Below are positions 40,767 to 53,500 of a stretch of 64,000 bases of DNA, piece after piece; the stretch's first letter is position 1, and every line of letters begins with the position of its first letter. The translations under genes were made by a program, and so were the position numbers. Source of the stretch: Hormiphora californensis (taxonomy: Eukaryota > Animalia > Ctenophora); the NCBI GenBank assembly GCA_020137815.1, contig CM035356.1, forward strand, positions 1,364,001 to 1,428,000, in the 5' to 3' direction. Under the pieces are notes generated by a model that saw nothing but the letters and a program-made list of their open reading frames with translations, did no database searches and was not told the origin of the DNA.

Positions 40767-41254
40767 GCTACATGTGTGGAAATATACTAAATCATGCACA
40801 AGCACTACAAACACAGTACTACTTGTGCTTTAATAAATTTGTACAAAATCAACAAAAATACGAACAATATTGTAAAACAGAAATGAAGACGATACTATAG
40901 AAAAAGCGGGCTGCTCTAAATACTGAAGACACGGGCGACTCTAATGGAAGAGGTCCTGCATACAAGCAGGTAAATATAACAGAAGTTGGAGACGCGGATA
41001 TATTATGATGATCTCAATCATATCACTTTTATAGAGGGACAGGGCGGGGGAGGAGGAGGAGAGAGAGCATCTAGTTTGAATGGAGGAATTAAAAAGTCTG
41101 CCTTGCTTGTCTAGTAGTAGGTAAGACAATGGAGAGAGAGGGGGAGAAAAATGCACTTAGCATCACTACCCCCACACAACTCGATAGGTATAAGACAACC
41201 TGTAGGTGTGCCGTGCCGTTGGCAAAACACGCAGTATGAGCGTGAGGGGGAGGG

Positions 41255-41324
<70 letters not shown>

Positions 41325-41784
41325 GAGAGAGGTATAGAGAGATAGATAGATACGAAGATCAGATAGAGACGTAATCTCTCGCTATCTCTCTGTCATCGCA
41401 TCCGTAGCCTCTCTCTATCTTCTCGCAGTATCTCGTACAGATGACTCGTCTCATTTTACTACGTTAGAGCACTTGTCGAGAGTCACCTCCGAGAGTGAGA
41501 AGAAGAGAAGAAAGAGGAGAGGAGCTAAAACATATAAAGTCGAGAAGGATTGGGAGGGAGGAGGCGGGGGAATAGGAGGAAAATAGCAACGGGCGAATGT
41601 GAGAGTGACTAAGATAGGAGAAGAGTAAAAGGAGATAAAAGAAAATAAGAGAGCGAGAGAGGAGGAGAGCGAAGGAACAAAGAACAGGAGAGTAGGCCCA
41701 GGCACCCAAAAACAGTGAGCTTGGATAAAATTAAATCACCCCTGGCCCGCTGGCACGAGTCCAGGATAAAGAAGGAAACACTTT

Positions 41785-43137
41785 CTACATGGTCCCACGT
41801 GCATTAGCAGTCAACTTCAGTCCATGACAGATGCCACTTAGAATTGGGTAGGGTAACTCGTTGCCGGGGGATTCTGTTATCACACAAAAATCAGGAAGTC
41901 GGGATGATTTCAATCGTCGTAGCTGTGGAAAGAGGACCGTTAGATTTGTTTTCTAAAAACCAATGGAAAGTGCATGACCCTCCACTACTGCACTGGATAT
42001 AGTATCTCGTCCGTAACTAAACTAAAGTTCTCGTACCTCGTTTGTATCAATGTTAAGGGTGCTCCAGAATACTCCAGGTATCGGTTGAATGGCAATAATT
42101 TGACAGAGAAACTCTTGTAGCGCTGCCCTCCGACTTTCAATAAACCTCTTGTCTTGGTTGTTTGCTACTATTCTCCGCATTGGAAATGAAACGTTCTTAT
42201 GCTAGATGAGGGGAAGGAGATGTTAGCAGTGGGTTATGAAGAGAACAAAACAGCTTTTCACTAATTTAGCTTTAATCTGCAACTGTCTAGCTATTCTAAA
42301 TTTAGTATTATTACAGTCACGCCCTCGGGGGAAGGGGATTTGCACGGTAAAACGAGGTTCCGTTAAATCGAGGTTTTGCTGTATTAAGTTTTCCAGGGAA
42401 TAAAATATGTCTTAAGATAAAATATCATGGGCTGACCATCTCTCTCATTCTTCTCTCTCTTGCTTAATTTTCAGGGCCTTATTTTTCAGTGGCCTAATTA
42501 CTATCCTATTATTCTAAGTTTTCTGGGGAACAAATTATGTGACTGGCTATCTCTCTGTCTGTCTCTCTGTCCCTCTTTTTATCCCCTGCACCCTACCTTG
42601 GCGGAAACTTTCTTGTGGAGTTCTCGGAATTCGGTATACCGTAGTTTCCGGGTAAATGCATGGTCCCCAACCTGCAAGAAATGGCCCAATGTTATTTCTG
42701 TAGAATGCAGTATGGAGACTACAGTGTCCAGGAAACACGACTGCAGTAGTACCCCCCCCCCGCTACCCACAACATTATTGCACTCCTACCAACTGTGTTC
42801 CCTTATACAGTCGGACCCCGATCTACCGGGATGCTCGGGGGAAAGGGTTTTACCCGGTAAATCGGGGTGCCCGGTATATCGGGGTCAAATACCGTTAATT
42901 TCCTATCTCGGGGGAGTTTCATCCTCCCGGTAAATCGGGGTTCCGGTGAATCGGGGCCCGGTAAATCGGGGTCGGACTGTAGTATGACGTCATAATTTCA
43001 CGTGACGTCATAATGTCATGTGTATGTCATGTGACGTGTGACGTCATTACCTGAATGACCACCTCGTACTGTGTAAAGGGCTTCTCTTTAGGTGGTGTCC
43101 GCGTATACCAACAAGGAATTTCAGCAGTTACTTTCAT
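41785..43137 (-). CDS. SNX24: PX-domain-only sorting nexin (SNX22/24-like)
   Basis: Four exons: MKVTAEIPCW..FTQYEVVIQ / VGDHAFTRKLRYTEFRELHKKV / FPMRRI..FIESRRAALQEFL / ..LPYPILSGICHGL. Confidence 0.7.
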
Positions 43138-43151
43138 AGTGGCATTATTCT

Positions 43152-43212
<61 letters not shown>

Positions 43213-43669
43213 GAAAAAGAGAAAGAGGAAGAGAGGAAGAGAAAAAGCTGGAATAGAGACGATTCTGTGGTACAGATTCTATACTATAGAAACGGTCTCA
43301 GAGAGACCCGAAAGTTTCATTTATCCCACATAATATTCAACTGTCTGATACCCTCAGACTGACATTAGGTTTATAGTGTTCTGAAGAAGAATAATAATGT
43401 TTATTTTGTTAAATAGAAGGTTCTAGAGAAACGGTGACCGGGAAAATCGAGTTTAGGAAATTTAGGATAAATGATTAGGATTAGTAAGAATTACATCGTA
43501 AAAACTAAATAATGAGTTTAGTTTTTTATTTAGAAAATATAAAGTAATCTGGGGCTGTAGTTGATAGAAACAAGAAAGTTTGTTGATAAAAAGCAATAAA
43601 TAAACCGATAAAACAGAGTTCCCCAGATCAGATAAAACAGACTCGTCATCACTATTACACAGTTAAATA

Positions 43670-44890
43670 CTAGGAAACTAGAAAGTTAGCAGCAGGTCCC
43701 AGTTTAACTTTCTTAAATTTCCCGCCCCTCCGTACTACAGTCTCCTCCTGGTCTGGTGGCGGTGAGGGAGGGAGGGAGGGTAGAGATTTTAGAGATACAA
43801 CTTTGATCCGACACTTTTCTTCCTCCATTCCGTCAGAGTCCTCATCAGGTGGCTGGGGTGTTGCCTCCACACTTCTCAACTCTGCTGCTTCTCGAAGAGA
43901 CTCTGAGAGAGAGATGTGTCAGGGAAACTAACATTGAAATGTGATGTGTCAACTAACATTGAAATTATGTATACATAACCGGCTTGCAGTCTTCTTCTTC
44001 TTCTACTAGTACGGAGCACTAGTAGAGACAGTAAGGGGCGGGTGCAATGAAGCTCCCTTTCAGTTTTCACGTTCTGGGTGGTGTGATGTGATACCGCCCT
44101 TTATGGGGTGGTTTTGGTGGGGTGGAGTGATGCCATCGCCTTCTTATAGAACGATATCGTTTTTATAAGACGTTGATGGTGTCTTATTTCGAACTGAGGC
44201 CCAGTCTGTCGAAAGATTCCTGTGAGTAGGGGCATGACCGTCATATTGTTCCAAAATCCTCACAACTTACCAAATTCTGAAACTTTGCCAAGAAGGCTAG
44301 CAGGTAGGAGCCGTCGCTTTTTCCCAACGAGGATTGAACTCCTGGAAAAGAAATAGTTAGAAACAAACAATAGTGTGCCAACCTCACTGAGATTTTAGTG
44401 ATATATTGATAACAACATATAATTGGTATAACAGGACACATACTGGTATGTAACTACATTAGTATGTTTGCACTCACTTGATAGCACTGCTATCTAACTG
44501 GTGTTTCTCTTTAGATGTAGCAAAGGAAACCTCTTCCGGGGCTGCATCATCGTCATCATCTTCTTCTCCATCATCTTCTTCATTATCTTTATCGTTATCT
44601 GATTCGATCTCCTCACTCTCTCCTTCTTCTTCTTCTACTTTTGTCTCCTCTTCTTCCTCCTCCTCCTCCTCCTCCTCTTCTTTTTCTTCTACTTTTGCCT
44701 CTTCTACTTTTGCCTCTTCTACTTCCTCCATCTCTTCATCAGGGGCTGTTTGTTCAGTGACAGGTTCCAGAACATCCTCAACCTGCTCTGTAGCCTCTTC
44801 CTCAACCTGCTCTGTGGCTCTAGTGGAGCTGGTCACTTCAGGGACCTGTACCCGCTGCTGCAGTCGTGATGATCGTCTTGTGGCGACCAT
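43670..44890 (-). CDS. Acidic nucleolar-type protein (NOL7/Bud21-like)
   Basis: MVATRRSSR N-terminus, E/D-rich tract, DDAAPEEVSFATSKE motif followed by basic RRRR and SLFEKQQ. Middle exons not resolved. Confidence 0.45.
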
Positions 44891-45572
44891 CTGTTCTAGA
44901 TCCTATATAGGGAGAGAGAAGTATGTCGTATGAACTAGTAAAGATGCCAGCTATACTATATATGTATAATATATCCCTTGGCCGTATCGAACGGTGAGCG
45001 TGGATCTAACCTGTGATTGAGTGTGTGCTAATTGCGTGACCGGTTCAATAGTTTCCTGGTAGGGTAGGAGTGGGACCATGTGTGTGTGTGTTCTAGATGA
45101 TAGATCCTAGAGTGGGAGAGAGAAGCATGAAGTTAAGAAGTTGCTGAAAGATCGGACTATGTTTGTTGCAGGGGTGACTGAAAGATCGAACCATGTTTGT
45201 TACAGGGGGTGACTGAAAGATGGAACTATGTTTGTTGCAGGGTGGTGACTGAAGAATGGAACTGGGTAGGTTTGTTACAGGGGGTGGGGAAGGGGGTGAC
45301 TGAAAGATGATACATGTGCGTGTGTATGAGTGCTTATAGAGTTACATGGTTTATGATTGTGTGTGAGTGGTCTTCAGTTGTGAAAGGTCTCAGGTGGCGC
45401 AATGAAGCTAATCTCCTTACAGAGTGGGTTTGACATATATAACACAACGCAGTGAGTTTATATATATTAAGTTATGTTATTAAGTTATACATGATACACA
45501 ATACATAAAACTATACATTACTATAAATCCTGTACATAATAATTATTGGCACACATGTACACACAGAGATAG

Positions 45573-46544
45573 TTACCGGGTACCAAGACTAGTGCTACTA
45601 GAGGATTGTTTCTGTCGGTGGTGACCGTTTGGTATATGGAATGACAACTGTTTCTCCAGCCGCCGTACCATTTCTGCTAAAGCGTCATTTTCATGTTTCA
45701 TGGCTAACACCTCTGTTTCCCGTTGTTTCAGCCGTTCTGTCAGCTCCGTTACCTGTGTGTCGTATTGATCTCGTAGGGAGGCCTCCTGGGATAGCGACTG
45801 GTGAAGGTTATAGAACAGTCGGAGGGATTGGACCTCCTCTTCCAGCTTTCCAACTTGCCCCGTCAGTGTCTCCTTTGTCGATTTGAGGGCTGTGACCTGG
45901 TTATCAAGTTTAATGCATCGCTTTAGCGCATTGTCACGCTCATATTGGAGACGGGTTTGCTGGGGTACATTTGCAGCCGTGAGGCTCTTTATTTGGTTGA
46001 TAATTTCCTCTGCTCGCTCACCCACCCCTATTTCCATCTTATCCGGTGCTACCAGCGCACTTGTTCTTTCTTCTTCCAACTTTTGAATGCGACCCATGTA
46101 CGACTTCTCCCTTTTGTCTCCTATGATGTGTGCCCGCTCAACGGCTTCAGAAAACTTGGCATTAAAATCCGATCTCATGGTCTTTCTAGTGGCATCTAGA
46201 GCGTGTAACTCTTGACGAAGATCTACGATGTTTTGGTGAAGGTTCCTGTTCTGAGTGACTATCTCGTCCACCTTGTTGTAAAACCTGTCATCCCCCGCAT
46301 TGTCCACCTGTGTATCTGTCTGACAGTAAGCATGGATCGTAGCAGTTGTCCTACATTGTGTAGACCGGGTCTGATTGCTAACAGGTGATGTCTGATGGAT
46401 CTCTAGCAACTGCTGCTCTAGTTCATTTTGGCGTTTTAACGTCTCGTCGTACTGCTGCCGCAGCTGCCTCAAGGCGTCATCTGACTGTTTTAGAGTTAAC
46501 TCAGTGATAGCAGTATCATCGTCACTCTCTTCAGAGGTTGTCAT
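45573..46544 (-). CDS. MIPOL1: MIPOL1-like coiled-coil protein
   Basis: ERDNALKRC..LEEEVQSLRLFYNLHQSLSQEASLRDQY matches the conserved MIPOL1 C-terminal motif. Single ORF of 323 aa. Confidence 0.72.
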   Translation of the reverse strand: MTTSEESDDDTAITELTLKQSDDALRQLRQQYDETLKRQNELEQQLLEIHQTSPVSNQTRSTQCRTTATIHAYCQTDTQVDNAGDDRFYNKVDEIVTQNRNLHQNIVDLRQELHALDATRKTMRSDFNAKFSEAVERAHIIGDKREKSYMGRIQKLEEERTSALVAPDKMEIGVGERAEEIINQIKSLTAANVPQQTRLQYERDNALKRCIKLDNQVTALKSTKETLTGQVGKLEEEVQSLRLFYNLHQSLSQEASLRDQYDTQVTELTERLKQRETEVLAMKHENDALAEMVRRLEKQLSFHIPNGHHRQKQSSSSTSLGTR

Positions 46545-47127
46545 CTACCTAGAAATATGGAAAGTTAGAAATTTGGAGGAGCATACGTAGAAGAGAACTA
46601 AGGGGGCAGGGACCAAGAGTCTAAAAACGAACAAACTACCCCAATACAGATTGGTATCACTTTCAAGGAGGGATTGTTGAGGAGAAAAGGGCTACTGAAG
46701 AGTCCAAAAGAGGTTCTAAAGATGGGGTTCAGTGGCATACGCTGCAGGCCCCTCTATTTTCTAACGATGTGCACTCGTGAGGGGTTTGCAGACTGCACCG
46801 CATTCCAAAGGCCAAAGCGGTCTGCGGTGCAAAACTTTAGAAAAAAAGTTCGTTAAAAAAACAGTGCAGCTCGAATTGGATTTCTTGGAGCATATTTATG
46901 CGAGGTATTTTATGTAACACGCGAATTATTTGACAATAACGATGCAACTTTAACGCCGCGCAGTTTAAAATGAAAATTCACGATTCGGTTGGCAAAAAAA
47001 GTTAGCGAAAAAAGTTCCAAACCAAACTTGAAAACCGCTCAAAACGCTTTTGTTCTTTTATCTTTAGTTGTAATACTCGTCTGGCTGCATCTTTATCAAT
47101 GGTTACAATTATTCGTGGAGTTCGTTA

Positions 47128-48171
47128 ATGGAGTTTTTGCGTGTGGATCCTCAGCAGAATGTGAGCGATTATCAGTCAGCCCCCCAGCCCTCCAAAAATC
47201 GGGCGAAGGATAATCGTCAACGTTTCCGAAGTCTGATATCTGAGATCAGTGAAGTTATTGCAGAACCTCGTCTGTCAACGAACAACATACTTGCAAAAGC
47301 GATCACGCTCATTGCATTGGATAAATTCAGTTCAAAGTATGTCAGTCGACCATCTAAGAAAGAGGCTCAATCCCCTCCTCCGAAAAAAACCTTCTCACCT
47401 CGTTTTAAAACATCTCAGCTCCTTGAAATGAGGGGGAGTGTTGCGTTTGGTGTCACATCAGCCGGTAAAATCGTCTACATGTCCTCGAAAAATCACATTG
47501 GAACGAAATCAGTGGTCCTTGGCAATGATTTGGATAGTATTCTCACAACGCCAGTTGACTTTCTGTATCAAGTGTTTCACAACAGACATTCCAAAATAAT
47601 CGTTTCTCTCAACACATCAACGAAAACGACCGCCAAATTCCTACTCGAGGGTAACATATACACGGATGACGATGGAAATGAGCTTTATTTGACATTGGCA
47701 ACGAAAATAGAACCCCTCTACAATGCTCCCAACGGACTATTTAGCACTCAGGAGATTCTTGTAGACGAGGGGTTTTCCTACATGAATGATGGAAATCAGT
47801 TTATTGACCAGCTCCTCGGATTTGACACCTACCATAACAACCTCCTGGACTATGTTATAGAGGAGGACCTTTTCGGTTTCTTTCAAAATTTGAAGAGTGA
47901 TCTGGGTCGTTATGGGCACAAGGATGCAATGGTTCGTTATCACTGTTTTGATGGATGTCTTCTTTATGTACGAACTCAAATGTATCCCTATCGAAGTTTG
48001 GACGGTACGGCACTTATTTTGCTCCTTTCAACCCCCCTTGCCTTCGGTATTGCTCACCCCGAGCCCGATGTAGTGAGTGAAGGGTTGAGGATCCTGAACA
48101 AGTCAGATATGCTGCTTGCTCTGCTGCCGCCTTTTAGTACGCTGCCGCAACCCAAATCTATGGGTTATTAA
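47128..48171 (+). CDS. Divergent intronless bHLH-PAS transcription factor
   Basis: SKNRAKDNRQRFRSLISEISEVI..LSTNNILAKAITLI (bHLH); AFGVTSAGKIVYMS..VLGNDL..IL (PAS-A); second PAS (QLLGF..NLLDYVIEEDL..VRYHCFDG..VRTQ). Confidence 0.72.
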   Translation: MEFLRVDPQQNVSDYQSAPQPSKNRAKDNRQRFRSLISEISEVIAEPRLSTNNILAKAITLIALDKFSSKYVSRPSKKEAQSPPPKKTFSPRFKTSQLLEMRGSVAFGVTSAGKIVYMSSKNHIGTKSVVLGNDLDSILTTPVDFLYQVFHNRHSKIIVSLNTSTKTTAKFLLEGNIYTDDDGNELYLTLATKIEPLYNAPNGLFSTQEILVDEGFSYMNDGNQFIDQLLGFDTYHNNLLDYVIEEDLFGFFQNLKSDLGRYGHKDAMVRYHCFDGCLLYVRTQMYPYRSLDGTALILLLSTPLAFGIAHPEPDVVSEGLRILNKSDMLLALLPPFSTLPQPKSMGY

Positions 48172-49377
48172 CTCCGATTTTATCATATTATGTATATAAT
48201 TAGTGAACCAGATTTGGATTTACATCAGCTTTATGCGGATTTCGGGAAACAATTTCGATACGTATATTACGCTTGGTGATAATACTTCATCCTTCCTGAA
48301 ATTGTATTTTGCCACGAGCAAATTAATGCCTCCAAAATACTTCCATGCAATCAGTTTACCTTCTAAGAACACTCACTATTAGCTATACGTATCAATTTCC
48401 AACCGTACTTGAAATTCTTTCTCGAACACTGTGTCTCTGCAAAATTTCCCAGTAAAATATAAACAGAAATTTGAGCTATTATATCAAGATGTACATACAC
48501 TCTATATAAGGACACGTACACCCACTCATCGATTTCATACGTCATTTGTTTGAAGTAAATGAATGGTGTATAGTCTCGCATCAACCGGACAAGAAATCCG
48601 AGAACCGTGTGATTTGGTTTCTTTTATCATTCCTCAACTTATTAGAAAAGAGGTTTCTTTACTTTTTTAAATTATAAAAACGAGTTTGTATTAACTTTTG
48701 AAAGTCTCTCGAAAAACTGTAATATTTTTCCTAGAGGTAGGTTTCGTTAGACCCACTATTACTACTGTGCTTCAACCCGTTTTTAAGGGTTAAGTACAGG
48801 ATTGTATAGGACTTGTACAGCTCGGCTGTATTTATGCTATGGTAATCCTACCAAAAATAGTTTGTTAAAAGTGCTATGTCTAGTACTCTCTACAACATAT
48901 TTTTAGCAGGGACCTGGTTTGTGTAGAGCTGTCTATCCGAGTCCTTAACAATTTAACAAATGCTGTCAGTATTTTTCAAAAGCAATTGGTAGCAAGAGGC
49001 ATAATTAATTTCAGAGATTACTTGTATATTGTATGTTTAAACTTTTTCAGTCGGTATATTTTAAATTGAACAGCTCTACCATGGCGTTTAGAGGTCTTAG
49101 GCCTTTCTACGAGAGGTGTACACTTTATATACTTCTGGGAATAAGGCCCCAGTTACAAATTTGGAAACTGGCGTCAGCTTCCAACCTAATGTCAGTTTCC
49201 AATTTGTAACTGGAGCGTAAGTGACCCTGTGTGTAATAATGTGTTTTCTGTGTATGATTTTTTAATGTCTCTAGAACAGCGAGGAACAGCTTGTCTATCG
49301 AAGGTCAAACTCCAAATGAAATTGGAGGATTAGAGTGTTAGACGGGTTGCAGTCAGTGCAGTGATTGCATGCACCTG

Positions 49378-49480
49378 GAACCGACCGAATCAGGAAATAC
49401 TGGTCCTTGATTGGCTGATAACCAGTCACGTGATCTAAATATCGAGTTCTGATTGGTTGTTAACTTGTTTCGGTCGGTTC
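49378..49480. repeat. ~100-bp short inverted-end repeat, recalled as abundant in Pleurobrachia
   Basis: GAACCGACCGAA...TTCGGTCGGTTC ends with internal GATTGG/CACGTG motifs. Confidence 0.7.
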
Positions 49481-50068
49481 ACTATAATGTGCACAGAAGA
49501 GAAAAGAAGGCACTATGTTGCAGTGTAAATGTGCTGTTAGAACGTGCATATCTAGATCTGGTGAACTCGGGAAGCAGGATAAGGTGATAGTAGCAGTTTA
49601 GTATCCCTAATTCCTGATTCATTTGAGCCCTCATCTCGTTAGATCTGCAAATTCTGGCAACACCCATCTCTAGTTTGTTGTGTTTTTGTGTGTAAGTTTG
49701 TTAGCAAGGAAAGAACACACACTGATTTTTCTTTTATCATGATGTGATATTACCAACGAGGATGCAGAATTAAAATTGTATTTTTCAGAAAAATGATTTC
49801 CTGCTGTTTTTATCTTCCCCCTAAGTTATAAAATTACTTTGTTTTATTGTCTCTCCCCTGATTCCCTTCATTATAATTAATATGTATTCTACTTAGTAGA
49901 ATATAGTAGTTATGTAGATACATTGTATCTACTACTTCCTCACTTCCTCAGCCCCCATTATACAATATTACACCTCACCATCCTCCGTTCCATACCCCTC
50001 CCTCTCTTATTCCATACCTCTCCATACCTCACTCTTTACCTCTATCTCTATCTCTCTCTCTAGACATC

Positions 50069-50443
50069 ATGCCTCTGACAAGTAGTGCCATCGCGAACAA
50101 CCTAATTCGGGATGTGTGGCGAGATAATCTTGAGGAGGAGTTTGAAAAGATCAGGCAACTTATCCAGACTTACAACTACGTATCCATTGGTAAACATCAG
50201 TAGTTGGAAAACTGTGAAACTAGGACAGTCACGTGACTGGCCTCGTTTCATGGTCACGTGACTGGCCTCGTTTCACAGTCACGTGATTCATGACGTCACA
50301 TGATTGCGTTCAACTGCAGATTACGTGATTATGATGTAAGCACGATGTAATCAAATTAATTCATGCAATTATGATAATTAATTTTCATAATTTATGACAT
50401 CACTGTGCTCAACCGCATGTCACTTATGACGTCACGTGACTGT

Positions 50444-50520
<77 letters not shown>

Positions 50521-53500
50521 ATGACTGCTCATGGAAGTCAACCGGAGAAAGCGCGTGTCGTTGCCGTTTTCATACAGCCAACCGTACCTATTACCCCATA
50601 TAGTCAGAGTGTAAACAATCTGTTTAAGGGGTAATTTAAATAAAACACATTACTCATCATCACTTTCACTCTCACATTCTTCTGCTTCAAAAGGATAGAA
50701 TTTCTAAGTTGAGCTGGGAAACGGGTCCATTTTTTCGGGACCTAAATCTATTTTTAGTAACACCCGTTGGTCGAGTGATGCATACCCGCCTTTCACTCTC
50801 AAGGTCCGTGGTTCGAATCCTGCGCTTGCCAACTTTTCGAAACACGGATTTAAATATTAGTTCACAAGTTCATCACAACCAAAAAGAACAGCACCACAGC
50901 CAAAAGGTACCATACATGATTAATTATGTCAAAACAGTTGGCACTGACAAGGGACAAGGATCACTATAGAGAAAACATGTTTGATCCTGACAGCCAAGCG
51001 TACTTACGTTTGGCTGTCAGGGTACATAACACAGCCAAAAGTTGAGCACCACAGACAAAAGTTGAGCACCACAACCAAAAAGTACAACACCACAGACAAA
51101 AGTTGAGCACCATAGGCAAAAAAGTACAGCACCACAGCTAAAAGTTGAGAACGACAGTCAAAAATTGAGCACCATAGAAAAAAGTACAGCACCACAGCCA
51201 AAAAGTACAGCGCCACAGAACAATGTTGAGCACCACAGATGCCAGAGAAAAGGCTAATAAGCCATGTACCTATAAAAGGGTGAGCATTTTCAATCATTTC
51301 AATCATAATAATCATACTATTATTAAAGCAAATAGGGAAATCCTGTGTGACGTTTTTTACCTTATATGGCATTTAGCACGTGCAGGTTTAGAGGTCGACT
51401 GTGGAGTACTATTGGAGTGGGGCCAGGGGTCGGAGCCGTTGCCAATGGCATGGTTGCTACTATACTGCACGTGCACGTGCATTTGATCTTGCTTTAGTTT
51501 GTGTCACCAGCTAATATAAATGCTCTCTTCAACAACTGTTGATATACGACAGCGACAATTGGAGTTATTCACGCAAGATCTCACCGCCATTCTCTACTTT
51601 TCCATACACTGGAAAGTTCTTTTATAACTTTGATCGCCTGATCATCATCTGACGTTCTGAAACCAGAAACTCGCAGCGATCCCGCCTGAGCTCCTTCTAC
51701 GGTACCGTAACTTAAGACGGGATAGTGCATGTCATTAGTTAGACTGATGATGTCAGTGTTCCCTAATCCAGCTACCAATACCATTTCCCCGAAATTCGCC
51801 CGTAGGGCGAACGGGTTTACTAGTAATAATAATATTAAGTTTTGTATACCGCCACAGACACGACAGGGCCAGATAAGTAAAACTGTACCTGACACTGACG
51901 AGCTTCAGAGCGGTATACCTAACGCAAAAAAGATCCTTATATTCTTACACACTTTGGAAAAACTCACTCCTAATTGTAGATATACTAAAAAGATAACTGG
52001 TCACATAACTTTCAAAAAACTGATGAGATGGAAAAAATACAGACTTTATTAAATAAAGGGAACAAAGCCAACAACCCACACTTATCAGCAGCTCAACAAT
52101 ACTGATAAAAAGCCCTAAGTGAAAGTGGTGAGCACACCTAAAGACCGCCTACTGACAGATGGGGAGTCCGGTGATCAACTCAGACGCCACCACCGGGAAG
52201 TCTTCAGGGGTAGGAGCTGGGAACGCTTCAAGGAAAAGTCTGGTTTTCAACTTAGATTTGAACAACTCAATGGGGTGTACAGATCTCAGGTCCAAAGGCA
52301 AGGAGTTCCAAACTGTCGGTAGACACCGAACCCTCCTCCTCCTCAGTTTAGAGTTTGCATTAACGCTCGAGAGTTTAGGATATTTCAGTTTGTAGAAGTC
52401 AATTACTGAATTCGCCCTCGTTGGTCTCATACCCAGAATATCATCATCCCTAGGGACCAGTTCCTGTAAATACTCCGGAGCTGTTCCACTACAATTTTGT
52501 ACGCTAACAGGCAGGCCTTGAAGGTTAGTCTCTGCTTGATTGGGAGGATATGAGCTTCCTTGAAATACTCATCATAGCTATCCTGATGTCCTCGTAAGTT
52601 ATGATGAACCGTACACAGGAGTTCAGAACCTTCTGAAGGTTGTTCAGAATCCGTTTAGGGAGTCCAAAGTACAGGAATTACAGTAGTCTATCTTTGATAT
52701 GACTAATTGCTTCACAAGAAGAATCCGTGTGCTATTATCTAAACACTTATTGAGTTGCCATGGTTCTTGAGTTGCAATCCACATTGTTTCTTAACATTGT
52801 TCACCTGCCTCTCCAGGGTGAGATGCTCATCCAGAAGTATTCCTAGAGTCTTCCCTGTGCTACCTTTGCATTCCATCGGCTGCAGCACTGTACCTCCAAA
52901 CCTGATTTCCGGATCGAATACCAGCTTCTCAAGAGAGCTTGATTTTCCAAGAAGAACAAACTCAGTCTTACTCTCATTACATTTGAGCCAATGTTGCACC
53001 ATCCAAACCAATTAAGAAGTGATAAAAGGTGGGGCCCTGTATCTTGAGAACGAGAGGGAGTAGAGAGTTCGCACTTCGACTCATCGTATTTTTATCTCCC
53101 AACCAGTTACCACACCCAGGATCGTTGAAAAAGTCAAAATTTTTTGAATATGTCAGTATCCCTTTAATGGAAGCGAGGCACTCCTCGATACTATTCTCGT
53201 ACCTTTCCACCCTTCACTATCCGTTGGACAAGTCCAACGTACAATTGGGAATCATCTGCATACAGCTTTATCATCAACCATACGGTCTAGCAATATCCTG
53301 TACTCCTCTATGTACAACAGAAACAGTACAGACCAACAAAGATCCCTGTGGTACTCCACATATGAGAGCGATGACCTCCGAGAGTTCACCATGAACATTC
53401 ACTCTGTAACTCCTGGAACTCAAATAACTCTTAAACCACCCAAGTGCACTTCCCTTCACTCCACCTCACCTCCAGCACCTCCATCAGCTTCATGATCTAC

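Noticed and set aside
50760-50832. Functional tRNA-Glu gene
   Set aside because: Acceptor and anticodon stems do not pair; retained only as a tRNA-like cassette.
52020-52040. Other CTGATGA sites as hammerheads (also ~8675, ~9497, ~63825)
   Set aside because: No stem II + GAAA + NUH arrangement.
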